Of a stretch of 64,000 bases of DNA, positions 12,452 through 25,330 are shown one piece after another (the first letter of the stretch is position 1; each line of letters begins with the position of its first letter). The DNA is from the human T2T-CHM13v2.0 reference genome, Homo sapiens, in NCBI RefSeq assembly GCF_009914755.1, contig NC_060934.1. One strand, given 5' to 3'. Both the position numbers and the translations under genes were made by a program. The notes below the pieces were generated by a model. That model worked only from the letters and a program-made list of their open reading frames with translations, had not been told where the DNA came from and ran no database searches.

Positions 12452-12513
12452 AGTTCTCTGTTTTATATACCCTGCATGAGGGCAGCCAAGTTAATGCTAT
12501 AATCATCACTTAG

Positions 12514-12958
<445 letters not shown>

Positions 12959-13613
12959 TGTAATTTTAATTTTTAAACTTAATGAGGTATGATAAGCATC
13001 TTTCCATGCCAGCGTATAGAGTTCTACCACTCTTCATTAACACTGCCTGGTATAAATTGTGTGGATGGAGTCATATATATCTTAGCCCTGTAATCTCATT
13101 TAACTTCTAGGTACCTCAATGTTTGTCTAAGTAAAGGTAACCTACCTACAAGGAAGATTTTCAAGGAAAATATTTAAGTAAAGCACTTAGCACAAGGCTG
13201 GAACAGAATGTGCTCAGTACATGGAGCTATATCAATATATCTATTCCATAATATTACTATTAAGGGATTATTCTATTAATATTGTCATTAATAGATAACT
13301 GAATTATTTCCAATTTTGACTTCAATAAATAAGACTGCAACACACTAATTGCAGCCTTGGGTGTGGATTTCTACAGAATAAACTCCAAAAAAGTGGAACT
13401 GCTAGGTCAATGTTATGCCCATTTTAAGTTTTGCTAACATGGCCAAATTTCTTTTCAGAGAGGCCTTTTCCAGTGGGCACTCTCACCAGCAATGGGTGCT
13501 GCTTGCTGGCTACCTTTTGGGGAAGGCAAAGTAAGGGGAAGGGATTTTATCAGTCTCTGGAAGAATGTATAGAGTACTGTAAGGCGAAAAGAGAGGGCCA
13601 TTCTGTGGAGAGG

Positions 13614-14225
13614 TGTCACGAGTTCCCAAGGCCACTTTCAGGCTTGATGATTCATGAGAAGAACTTACAGGCTTCAGAAAAGCTGTTAAATTCACAGGGT
13701 ATCGTTTACTATAGTGAAAGGACGCAGATTAAAATTAGCAAAGGAAAGGGAGAAGGTACATGTTTGGAAGTCCAGAAGAAACCAGGTGCAAGGTTTTTGT
13801 GGTCCCCTCCCCATGGAGTCTCATGGGGATGTGTCTAATTCTCCCAGCAGCAATGTATGACAACACATGCTCAATGTTGCCAACCAGAAAGGCTCACATG
13901 AGCCTTGGTGTCCAGAGTTGTTATTGGAGATCAGCAATATAGGCCCCTTAACTGACCTCAGCTACTGAGATTCCAGCCTCCCCCTACCTAAAAGAAAAAA
14001 AAAAGCCTTCACCATAAATCACATCGTCAGGATAAATTTATCTGTACAGCATGGTCCAAGGCCTCAGGCATACAAAAAGACTCTTATCTGGAAGAATATT
14101 TCAAGAGCTCAGAGGTTAATTCCCAGGAGCTGACCAAGGGCTAGTCCTGAAGGCAGGCATTTCTTTGAAATGTGCAGGATTTGAATAACCCAGGCCTGCT
14201 GAGTTAACCCCTTCCTTCCTGCCCA
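13614..14225 (-). mobile_element. MER77/MER21-family ERVL solo LTR
   Basis: Minus strand begins tgggcaggaaggaaggggttaactcagcaggcctgg; internal gagccttggtgtccagagttgttattgg and tttactatagtgaaaggacgcagattaaaattagcaaagg; TG...CA termini. Confidence 0.75.
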
Positions 14226-14229
14226 GGGC

Positions 14230-14700
14230 TGGGAAGGGGATGGCATAAGCAAAGCAGTGAGAAGGAGGTGTATAAAGCACAATTAGGGACAAGAGTGGGA
14301 TCTGGTATTTTAAAGAGAAGAAGAGAAGGAAATTAAGGGGAAAAGTAGGTTGAGTCAAATCATGAAGAGTCTTAAATACAGATAAGCACAGGTTTGAGGA
14401 AGATTAATCTGGTAGTGGTTTTAAAGATGAGTTGAAGTCAAAAGAGTCTGGAGCCTGGGGAACCTGTTAACAAGCCCGAGACAGGAGGTGCTAAAGCAGC
14501 ACGATAGGCATGAAAATGGAAGGGATCTGCCCAAACAAGACTTCAAGAGTTGCCGAAAATAGGTGGACAAAGGTGAGGGGAAGGAAAAGGTAAGAATTTC
14601 CTAGGAATATAAGCTTCTGTGGTTATAGGTAAAAGCCTCTGTTGACAGGAATAAAGCTGTTAGTACAGCCACATTCATATATTCATATAGTCACATTCAT
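14230..14700 (-). mobile_element. L2 LINE fragment
   Basis: Purine-rich antisense L2 body (gaagattaatctggtagtgg...ggagcctgggg...). Confidence 0.5.
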
Positions 14701-14749
14701 ATATTCAACAACTATTTATTAGAGGCTTATTAAGTACCAAACTATTTGT

Positions 14750-14925
14750 CTTCATAGTGTGTTCCATGAACTACAGGCACCCCATCACCTGGGGGAGCTC
14801 GTTGACAAAGCATTTCACTCTTCCCAAGAGCTACTGAATTCAAGTCTCTAGCACAGGGTTTGGAAATCTACATTTTTAACAAGCACTCAGATACTCTTAT
14901 CACCCACAAAGTCTGAAATTCTCTG
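14750..14925. mobile_element. MER5A-like fragment
   Basis: catcacctgggggagctcgtt...ctactgaattcaagtctct...aatctacatttttaacaagcactc. Confidence 0.6.
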
Positions 14926-14968
14926 TTAATTATGGGTCCCAGAAAATCGTCTATGTTGGGAATTTAAC

Positions 14969-15306
14969 TAGTCATGCATAACTTAACCGTGAGGATATGT
15001 TCTAAGAAATATAAGGCAATTTTGTTGTTTTGCAAACATCATAGAGTGTACTAACACAAACCTTGATGAACAGTCTACTACACACCTAGGCTAGGTGATA
15101 CAGCCTATTGCTCCTAGGCTACAAACCTGTACAGCATGTTACTGTACTGAATACTGTAGGCAACTGTAGCAAAATGGTATTTGTGTATCTAAACACAGGT
15201 AAAAATAGAAAAGGTACAGTAAAAATATCGTAGGATAATCTTATAGGACCACTGACGTATATGTGATCTGGTGTTGACTGAAACACCATTATGTGGCACA
15301 TGACTG
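14969..15306 (-). mobile_element. Tigger3a (TcMar-Tigger) MITE
   Basis: Termini AGTCATGC...CATGACTG followed by TA; internal cctattgctcctaggctacaaacctgtacagcatgttactgtactgaatactgtaggc. Confidence 0.9.
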
Positions 15307-15470
15307 TATATCTCAAACGGTGAAAATAGGAAGAAGAAAAATGGCATAAAGAAAGATCCTTTTTTTCCTACCAGCAACTCAAGATGAGAGTTGGTCTTGC
15401 ATGATATGTGTTTCAAATGTAGGCACTTGGGTGAAGCAGAAACTACCATTTTATTTTTCTGGGTAGTAAA

Positions 15471-15491
15471 ACACACACACACACACACACA
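15471..15491. repeat. (CA)n microsatellite
   Basis: About 10 AC units. Confidence 0.9.
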
Positions 15492-16259
15492 AATATGGCA
15501 CACAGGCCTTGATGTTATAAAATGATGGTTAAACTTTGGAGACTTGAGTCATGTTCAAGTGTACAGTCCAGGTATGCAATCTATGATTATGAAAAGCACA
15601 GCCCTTCTTTACCAAGCATGACAAGGTCTTTGCCTAGTACAACCCATGACTGCTACAAAAAATATATACCATGCATTTATTTTAGAAAGAAGCACATTAA
15701 GAAGACGTCTTTAAATATAGAAAGTAGAAAATCTTATTTAAATTTGGGCAACCCTTTAGACCTTAGAATGTTTATAAAGGAGATTTTTTAAAAATGAAGT
15801 TTCAGAGGAAGGAAACATTGCAATTGACAGGTCAGGGCTCAGTGTATAAGACTAATTAAATAAAAAGCCATATATATATTTTTTTCTCTCCTCTCTTCTT
15901 CACCAAGCTTCTCTCTTTCCTCCTTCTTTTCCTTTCGTAAATGAGTCTTTTCTGCTCCTGGTTGTCAGTGCAGAAGACAGCATGTTCCAGAATATGCAGC
16001 TTTCCTTGTTTAATACAATGTTGATGGTTTCTTTCATTAAATTTTAGCATCCTTGTGAAAATCTGGCAAATACTATGATACATGCTATCTCCATTAAATG
16101 TATTAAAATAACATTCAATCAGGAAATTAGTTAAGTATTCTCTAAATAAATTATATTTGAGATGCTGCATATAAAATATGGTAATTGTGGGAGCAAATCA
16201 AATTATACATAATATTTTAATGTTCTGTTAGATGAAGTTGAATTGAGCAGAAAAAAAAA

Positions 16260-16660
16260 CAACCTTTAGAGCCAGACAGATCTCAGTTTGATTTATGGCT
16301 CCAGATTCAGGGAAGTTATTTAGGCTTTCTGAATCCATTATTAAATTCTCATCCATTATCATTGTTTCTGAATGGGGCATAATTGGCATTTGAGGCAGGA
16401 GAATTCTTTGTTGCGTGAGGTATTTCTCAGCATTGCATGGCAGTTCCCACACCTATGTCCCTCCTTCTTCTAGCAATTAAATGCTAGCAGCATTCCCACC
16501 TCCAGTATTCCCACAACCAAATACCTGGACAAATTTGCAAATGCCCTGTAGGAAGGCGGTGACTCTCCTAGTTCACAGCAAGTGTATTAAATGGATTATA
16601 ATAATACCTCTTCAAGTTGGAAGGCTTAAATGAGAACATTTTCCTGGCACTTTTGAGTAA
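16260..16660 (+). mobile_element. MIR interrupted by MER3 (MER3 about 16360-16575)
   Basis: MIR 5' part tttagagccagacaga...aagttatttagg; MER3-like aatggggcataattggcattt...aattaaatgctagcagca...aaatgccct; MIR resumes aatggattataataatacct. Confidence 0.65.
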
Positions 16661-16689
16661 ACAAAAAGGTAGTTAAGAAAATGTGTTGA

Positions 16690-16870
16690 GGTCAGTCAGA
16701 CCTGGGCTCTGTTCCAGCCCTGTCAATAGTGTCTCTGTGTAGCAAATTGCTTAATCTAAACCTGAGCATCTCATCTATAAAATTACAATAGGTGTAATAC
16801 CTGACTCAGAGGATTATTTGAGGATTCAATGAAGTAACATATGCCAAGCTCTAAGCACTGATCCTGGTGC
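16690..16870 (+). mobile_element. MIR SINE
   Basis: gtcagacctgggctc...caaattgcttaatc...ctcatctataaaat...gaggattcaatgaag. Confidence 0.7.
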
Positions 16871-19351
16871 AGTCAGCTCTTAGTCAAGTTGGCTATAGTT
16901 GCTGCCTCATTATTAAGGCCAGACTCCTGAGACTGGGGAAAAGCAGGTAGCAAAGAAATATGATGCCTTGTTTGAGAAGTTTTACAAAAACAGGATATAA
17001 AAAGTAGTTGGAGAAAGTAGTCAGCTCCCCCCCGCAACAAGATAGTGGACTGCCATGTATGTTTGAAGGCAGAGGGAAAGTAGACACTGGCGAAACTGAG
17101 GCTGAGATCCAAGAAGATAGAAAGGTGACAATGTGAGATGTAATGAAGAAGTCAGGAGGCTTGGGCACACAGGGCGACAGGGCAGCCCTGGCATTCACTG
17201 TGGCTTTTCCAAGTATGAAGCTGTTTTTACACATTTGTAGAGTTAGCCCAATTTCATTGGGATTTTCACCTGCTCCACACTTTATTAGTGCCTCACACTA
17301 AAAGTGATGGCCAGCAACCAACCGAGCCGCTTTAATGTTATCAAACTCAAGAGAAAGGCATCTGGAACTGAGTGTTCTGGCTAAAAATAAGGAAGCCCAA
17401 TCTAGTTTGAAATGAAGCAATCTTCTCCCTAAAAATTCTTCCTGGGGCTAGATCTTAGCCTCAGAGCCCTGAAATCTAATAGCAATTTAAGGAACACTTT
17501 TTCATTTTCTTCGAGTACATTTTCAATGATCTTTTTAACCCTCAGTTGTCCTTTCTTTTCTTCTAACTTCTATTAGCAGCATTAAAAAACCTTTTCTTTT
17601 CGGATTCATTCCAATGTCCTTTCAGTCTCTAATCTCACCTTCCTATGTCAAGAGGTATTTTGCAACACAATTATTTTCCTTCCTAAAAACTGCAGCTGTT
17701 CCCTCTACACTCTCTGTGAGGATCCAGAGATCACAGGAAAAACACGGTCTCTGGCTTTTGGGGGGTGGGACTTTGTGTCTTCTTGAGCATTTGGTCAGCC
17801 TTTTAAAATTTTTAATTAAGAAAATACAAAATCCATGAAATTAGAAAAATAGTAACATTGATTACAATGGTAATATTGCAGGCTGCATTTCAAAAATTAA
17901 AAAATTAAGGGGAAAAATCAAGTTTTAAAAATGATAGTCCTATTCTAAAGCTGCATAGGAAGCAACTGAAAAGTTAAAAATAGCAGAAAAATACTAACTC
18001 TTTAGGTAAAGGATCCTCTACAGGACATTACTCTTTGGAGATGTTCTATAAATCCAGGGGTTTATGATTCAGGAGACTCTTCTTACCCTGCCTTCACTTG
18101 GAGGTTCACAATGCAGATCCTGGGAGTCCAGAAGACAATAACTTACATGATTTATTTTATATCAGTCCCTTCCAAACCTATCTAAGGAACGGATGTGCTT
18201 TTTATGGAATGCCTATTAAAATCTCACAGAACAAATTAATATGTTGAAGAAACAGGATTTACATTTTGTTTTTGTTTTGGTGGTTGTTACTGTTTTTCAT
18301 TTTCTTAAACTTCTAATGCATTGATGACTTAGATTTTTGTTAAATACAAAAATCATATATTTGGATGTCATGACAATAGCAAATTACTACAGAAGTTTCT
18401 AATCACTTTTCAATATCTAATCCATTGTAAACTAATTACACATAGTTTGCTGATGGGCACTGGTCCATGGACCACACCAAGGAGCTATTCTTTTATCCAT
18501 GCTGTATACCCTTTAATCTTGATGCATATTATGAGGACGGGGACAACAGAGTAAATAAAAAGCTTTTCCCTCTAAAAAGTAGAATAATGGGTACATGACT
18601 TATTGAAAAGCAACATTCCTTTATCTTATTCATCAAAGGCACTTTATACACAAACAATCTTGTAATATTTCAAAGCAGAAGTCAGGACAAAATATAAACT
18701 ACCTCACTAAGTTGATGTTTTAAAAGAACACATGGTCAACAGGAAGCCCCTTTCCCAAAAATATATGTATTTAGCAATAATAAAACAATGGTCAAATTCT
18801 TTTCATTATCTCTTTTTAAAAAACCTTCATGAAAGGGTTGAGAGGTAGTTCAGAAGGGCCTGTTTTCCACTCTTCATTTAGCAGGGTGCTGATGTTCATA
18901 AAACATGCAAACCCAAACAGCAAAGTCAATGTTGTTCTTATGCAACAAGGCCTGCTGAATTCAAATTTAATTAAATTTATTTAAACAGAGATAAGCTTGT
19001 AAATGCTTTATGCTGTGCAGTTTTGCCACAAAAAGTAAGAAAGCGATAATAGTGTGGCCTTTTTTTTTCAAGCAGTTGATCTGCTATATTATAAATGAAA
19101 CTCAAATTCTTGGATTAACCCAAAACAAGAGTAATTCAAGCAAATTATATTTTTGTATCAATATCATTAAATAATAGATACTATCTATTATTAGAACAAG
19201 AACTGGAAAATGGTACAGTGTGACTAAGCTAACAATAACCATTCAAAGACTGTTCCATGTGTACATCTGCCCTATGGAGAAAGTGCAAAGTGCTGATATT
19301 CAGGACTTGCTCACAGAAAAACTGACGAAGGAACAACAAAGCAGGTGCCTT

Positions 19352-19675
19352 GATGGTATGAGCAAGATGATAAGGATGATGGTGAAGTTAGGGATGAAGG
19401 TGACAATGGGATGTCAGTTATGATGGTGATGACCGGGATGACAGGGAAGGAGAGAAAGATGGTGAAGACAGAGATAATGATGATGGGGATGACAGCGATG
19501 GTGGGGATGACAATGGGGAAGAGGATGATGGTGACAACAGCAACGCTGATGTAAACACTGACAATTGTGATGATGGTGAAGACAGGGATGATGGTGAAAC
19601 AAGGATGGCAACGATGACAAGGATGATAGTGATGACAGGGATGACAGAAATTTGAAGACTGTGGAAGACAATAAC
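19352..19675. repeat. Degenerate (GAT)n / GATGAYRGG low-complexity repeat
   Basis: Triplet-periodic gatgatggt/gatgacagg units over about 320 bp. Confidence 0.85.
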
Positions 19676-19689
19676 AGTGGTATGTAACA

Positions 19690-19930
19690 GATAACACTGA
19701 TCATCTTCTGTGTGCTTGACACTAGGCTAAAGGCTTCACATGCATCATCCCCCTTAATTTCCATGACCTTCCTATGAGGTGGGTGCTATCATGATCTTTG
19801 TTTCACATCTAAGAAGCTTCAGAATGATAGAGGGTAAGTATTTTGCCAAGTTCACACAGCTGTCCAGAGCAGGAGCTGATATGGCCCAAGTTCTGCCTGA
19901 CTCTAGAGGACACACTGTTCATTACTAAGC
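19690..19930 (-). mobile_element. MIR SINE
   Basis: cctatgaggtgggtgctatc...taagtattttgccaagttcacacagct...ggagctg...ctgcctgactctagag. Confidence 0.75.
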
Positions 19931-20199
19931 TATGACACCAACTACTATGCAATACTAGCTGGAGGTTCACAGTATGTGTCTGTTGAATGCAATCATGCAT
20001 GGAATCTTATGAGGCCATATGGCCCAGTGCCTATTTCAGATAGATTAACATTTATCCTGGATAGATTTTTATCTGGTAACTTCTTAAAAGTAAAGAATTA
20101 TTAAAACTTAAGATTAGCTGTCTCAGGACCTACTGTGGATTGAAGTCAACTATCAACAAGGACTTTAAAATCCATTCCAAAATGGCTCTCATGTTATCT

Positions 20200-20800
20200 T
20201 TCAAACATTTAAAAAACATTTACTTTCTCCTACCTAAATGCATTCCTTGTCCCAGTTTCTTGGTGCCAGTTATTCTAATCTCCCAAGTTTCTTAGGCTTG
20301 AAAACGCGAGCCCATCTGACTCCCCACTTTCTCTTATTCCTTCTATCCAGTTAGTATCTGATATTTGGTAATATGTCTTCAACATTTCTGTCAGATTCAT
20401 CATTTCATTTTTAGGCCCACTCCTAGCTTGCCAGTATTTTATCACCTCAGGGCCAATTGCTAATTTTAACCAGATGGCTGGGTTTCATTATGACACATGA
20501 TCCCTCACTACCTATCATCTCAAGTTCAAATACCTCACTCTGTTATTAAAGATCCCTTTATATGTGGCCCTACCTTATCCCACATATACCTCTAGTCATC
20601 AAAGCATGCCTGGGCAGGTTGGTATACTTGAAGTCTCTCCACTGTCCCCCCAGATAAAAAATAAACCCACAAGACACAGGGCTTATCCATCCTCAACTGC
20701 CCTTTCCAGCTTCCTTTCACTCGAAATATGCTCTGCTCATTCCCATACAACTTATAATATACTCTGTACCATTTTCTGGCACACAAACCCATCACTTTAA
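20200..20800 (+). mobile_element. L2 LINE fragments
   Basis: ggcttgaaaac...catctgactcccc...ctatccagttagt...caagttcaaatacctc...tggccctacc. Confidence 0.5.
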
Positions 20801-20880
20801 GGATACTGAAGCTACTTGTTCAAACTGGTTCAAAATGACTTTTCCCTTTTCCTGACTTCACATAGCCTTAACTAATTTAC

Positions 20881-20980
20881 CTTTTTTTCTTTTTCCTTCT
20901 TTCTTTCATTTCTTTCTTTCTCTTTCTTTCTTTCTTTCTCTTTCTTTCTTTCTCTCTCTCTCTCTTTCTGTCTGTCTCTC
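20881..20980. repeat. (TTTC)n/(TC)n polypyrimidine repeat
   Basis: Direct reading of the sequence. Confidence 0.9.
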
Positions 20981-20994
20981 AAGCCATGCTGAGG

Positions 20995-21140
20995 AGCCCA
21001 AGTACCTGGGTTTGAATCCTAGTTCTGTCATTAACTAGGTACTATTTCTTCATCTGTAAGATGAGGATGATAGTAGCTACTTCATAGGGTTGTTGTGAAG
21101 ACTAAATGAACATATAGTGATCAACAATCATTTGCTAAAA
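20995..21140 (+). mobile_element. MIR fragment
   Basis: acctgggtttgaatcctagttctgtcattaactag...tttcttcatctgtaagatgagg...catagggttgttgtgaagactaaatga. Confidence 0.8.
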
Positions 21141-21604
21141 CTATTATAGAACATTAAATATGTTTCAGTCTTGTTTCTTCTTTGTATATCCTAGCATGGC
21201 ATCTGAAAACATATTAAGCATATAACAGGTATTCAACAACCTCTTGTTGCCTTTAATTATATCAGAGCGAAAAGTCAATGGCTTTGCTTTGAGGCCAATA
21301 TTCCCTTACTTGGATCATGAAGCATCGTTACATAGAATTCCTATAATTTTAGGAAGACAAATAAACCTTGGCAGCTAGAGTGTTGCAAATCATTTTCATG
21401 TTTCCACCTGAAGCAGTAAGTAGGACACATTTTAATAGCACTGTTTTCATCTGAGGAAAATTATATACAGTTTTCTATTCTGAAAAATGGAGCTAATTTA
21501 AGTATTCACCACATAATATGATTATGAAGTTAAATAAGACAACCCATGTAAATGGTAAGCATTAGTCCTCTATAAATATTAGTGTCAATTTTAGAAATAT
21601 CAGT

Positions 21605-21627
21605 ATCATCATCATCATCATCATCAT
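21605..21627. repeat. (ATC)n trinucleotide repeat
   Basis: About 7 perfect units. Confidence 0.9.
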
Positions 21628-22475
21628 TGGATTTGTCTAAGCAAAGACGACCTTGAACTAGAAATAACAGCTGTTGATTCTTAGCCTAGTTTTAAAAATT
21701 ATGCTGCCATCTCTTAGCCTTTCCCATTTTCAGAAAAGTAACCCAAATTCCTTTTATTTGCCCTTTTGAAGGACCTATTTTCCATTCATGACTTTTTCAT
21801 ATCAGCCATTCTTCTCTGGACTTTCTTTTCTTTTTTTCTTTTTTTTTTTTTTAAGTTCCTACTTTCTAAAAGGTATAGTAGAAAAAAATCCAGATGCAAC
21901 ATATGAATACAAATTTACCAAAAGATCATAATAAAAAGATTCTTCCTTAAAACTTGTATGTCACACTCTTTTTAAATAAACTCTTGCATTGTATTAGTTC
22001 TCTGCACAAGCTCACATTCATCAAGTGTTTGCCTATTAGTTTGAGCTCTTTCTGTGAAACTTAAACTTACTCAGTCTTGGTCTATCATATTCTTACATTA
22101 CTGAGTTTTTGCATTGTACTTGGCTTGCCAGAACTTCATCTAATTTGCATAGGCCTATTTTCCTATTTAATAACATATTTTAAATTTTACTTCTACCTTT
22201 GAGACAATCTTAGAAATGTCACCTCATACAGGACCTTTAACTCTAGTAAGCATATTCCACGTTCCTTTACCTAGGTAATCAATTAAGTACAAGTTCTTAG
22301 ACATAGCTTTAGGCTGAATTTGAGAGGTTCTTCAAAGTTGAAAACCTCTGATAATTACCCCTTAGGGGAAATCTTTAGTCTAATTTATTGTTTCCTGAGA
22401 TTCTTATAAGATCATAAGTCAAGTTTCTCCTTCCCTAAGATTTATGGGAAACTACAGTCAAATTCATACTTTTCT

Positions 22476-22964
<489 letters not shown>

Positions 22965-23009
22965 TAGTTGACTGAAATTAATCAATTCAGTTCCATGATT
23001 TGTTCTATT

Positions 23010-25330
23010 TCTCTTTTCGATTTTGTCAGTTTTTGCTTCATGTATTTTGGGGCTCTATTGCCAGGTGTGTTTATATTTATAATTTTTGTATATTCCTGGT
23101 CTATTGACCCTTTATCATAAAATAGCCCTCTATAGCATATTTCTTGTCTTAAAGTCTATTTTATCTGGTAACAGTATAGCCACTACAGCTTTCTTATGGT
23201 TACTGTTTGCATAATATATCTTTTTCTATCTACTTACTTTTAACTAGTGTCTTTGAATCTAAATTGTATATCTGTAGACAGCATTTTGGTTAGATCTTGC
23301 TTTTTAAAATCCAGTTTGTCAACCTCTGTCTTCTGACTGAGATGTTTAGGCCATTCACATTTAATTATCATGGCTGGACTTACATTTTCCATTTTGCTAT
23401 TTGTTTTCTAAGCCTCTTGTGTTTTTTTGTTTTTCTATCCCTTCTTTACTGCCTTTTTTGTGTTAAGTGTATTTTTAGTGTACCATTTTAATTCCTATAT
23501 TGATTTTCTAAATTTATTTGGAATTATTTTCTTAATGGATGCTTTAGCAATTACAATATGCATCCTGACTTATCACAATCAACTGCAGACTAATAATAAA
23601 TAATTGTCGTGAAACATAGAAAATCTGCTCATTTGTAGCTCCATCCTCTCCCCATTTCTTGCAGTATTACTGTCATATAAATTACATATATGTATGTAAA
23701 CTTAACGATAATATACTCAGTAATAATTATAATAACTGCTTTATGAAATCCTATGTATTTTAAAGAAGTTACTATATGAGAAAAAAATACAGAGCCTTTT
23801 ATATTATTAACCTACATATCTACCATTTCCATTGCTTTTCATTTTTTTTCTGTGAATTTGAGTTATCTTCTGGTGTCACTTACTTTTAGCCTGAAAGACT
23901 TCCTTTGGTATTCTCATAAGACAGGTCTGTTAGCAATGGATTCCTGTCTTTTTAAAAATTTGGTCATGTCTTTATTTCACCTCCACTTTTTCAAGGCTAG
24001 TTTTAATGAATATAGAATTCTTCGTTGATTTTTTTTTCTTCCAGTATCTTTCAAATGAGAAATCAGTCATTAATTGCATAAATTCCTCTCTATGTCATGA
24101 GCTGTTTTATCTCTTGCTGCTTTCAAGATTTTCTCATTTTCTTTGGCTCTCAACAGTTTGACTGTTGTGTGTCGAGATGTGGATGGTTTTGTGTTCATAC
24201 TACTTAGGGTTAATTGGGTTTCTTGTATCTGTAATGTTGGCTTTCAAATTTGGCAACTCTTTGGCCATTACTTCATCACACTTTGTTTTTTCTCTACTGC
24301 TTTCTCTCCTTATAAGACTCCTATTACGTCTATGTTGGTACACTCAATGTTGTCCCACTGCTCTGCAAGGCTCTGCTCATTTTCCTTCAGTCTTTTTCTC
24401 TGTGTTCTCCAGGTTGAATAATTTCTATTGATTTGTCTCAAGTTAACTGATTCTCTCTCCTATCATCTCAAATCTGCTACTGAGAGACTCTAGTGACTTT
24501 TTCATTTCAGGTCCTGTATTTTCAGCTCCAGAGTTTCCATTTAATTCTTTTTTCTTTTTATAACTTATATCCCCTCATTGAGATTTATTACTTGTTGAGT
24601 CACGTTGTCATAATTTCCTATAATTCTTTAAATCTGAATTTTAGTTCTTTGAACATGCTTATAATAGCTGCTTTGAAGTCCTTGTCTACAAAATCTAACA
24701 TTTGGGGATCCTCAGAGGCAATTTCTATGATAATTTTTTCCTTGGTTACACTTTCTAGTTTCTTTGCATGTCTCTGAATTTTTGTTAAAAATTGAACATT
24801 TTAGGTAATATATTGTAGAAACTCTGGAGTACAACCTTTTCCCTGAAAGTAGTTGTTGTTTTTTATTGTTGCCATTTGTTTTTTGTTTAGTAACCTGCCA
24901 GGGCTAAATCTGTGAAATCTGTCTCCCTGTGGGGTGTAGCCGCTGATATCCCTGCTCAGTTTTCCTTCCCTTCCTTCCTTCCCTCCCTCACTCCTTCCTT
25001 CCTCCCTTTCTCCTTCTTTTCCTTCCTCCATCCCTTTCTTCCTTTTTGTAGAGACAGGGTCTTGCTATATCTTTTTAAAATTCTTATTGTAATTTTTAAA
25101 CCTGGATTCCTACAGGTTACCCTTCTGACTGTATAGTTTAATGGGCAGCCAATGATTGGACTAAGGTTGTGCTCCTACATCTTGAGCCAGTAAAGCATTC
25201 ATCCTCTGGAAGCTTTCATATATTCAAAATTTAGCAGTTTTTCAAGGATAAAGTTTATCAGATTATCATATGCCTCTGTCTGATTCCATAGCTGTTAAAT
25301 GGTTATTTTTGTCAGTTTTTTCTGGCTTTA
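23010..25330 (-). mobile_element. Old L1M (ORF1/ORF2 5' region) antisense fragments
   Basis: gtttttgcttcatgtattttggggctct...attgaccctttatcat...gtctttatttcacc...ctcttgctgctttcaagattttctc...ataatagctgctttgaagtccttgtct; heavily degenerate. Confidence 0.8.
24960..25042. repeat. (TTCC)n repeat attached to short Alu fragment
   Basis: Pyrimidine repeat directly followed by tttttgtagagacagggtcttgctat. Confidence 0.85.

Noticed and set aside
13431-13838. 135-aa ORF
   Set aside because: Non-ATG start; mostly within a MER77-like LTR; no recognisable protein.
18461-18474. 14-bp palindrome TGGTCCATGGACCA
   Set aside because: Matches the subterminal motif of MER5/hAT-Charlie elements; likely a transposon remnant.
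19311-19764. His-rich and Ile-rich minus-strand ORFs
   Set aside because: Products of a degenerate triplet repeat that lacks stops in those frames.
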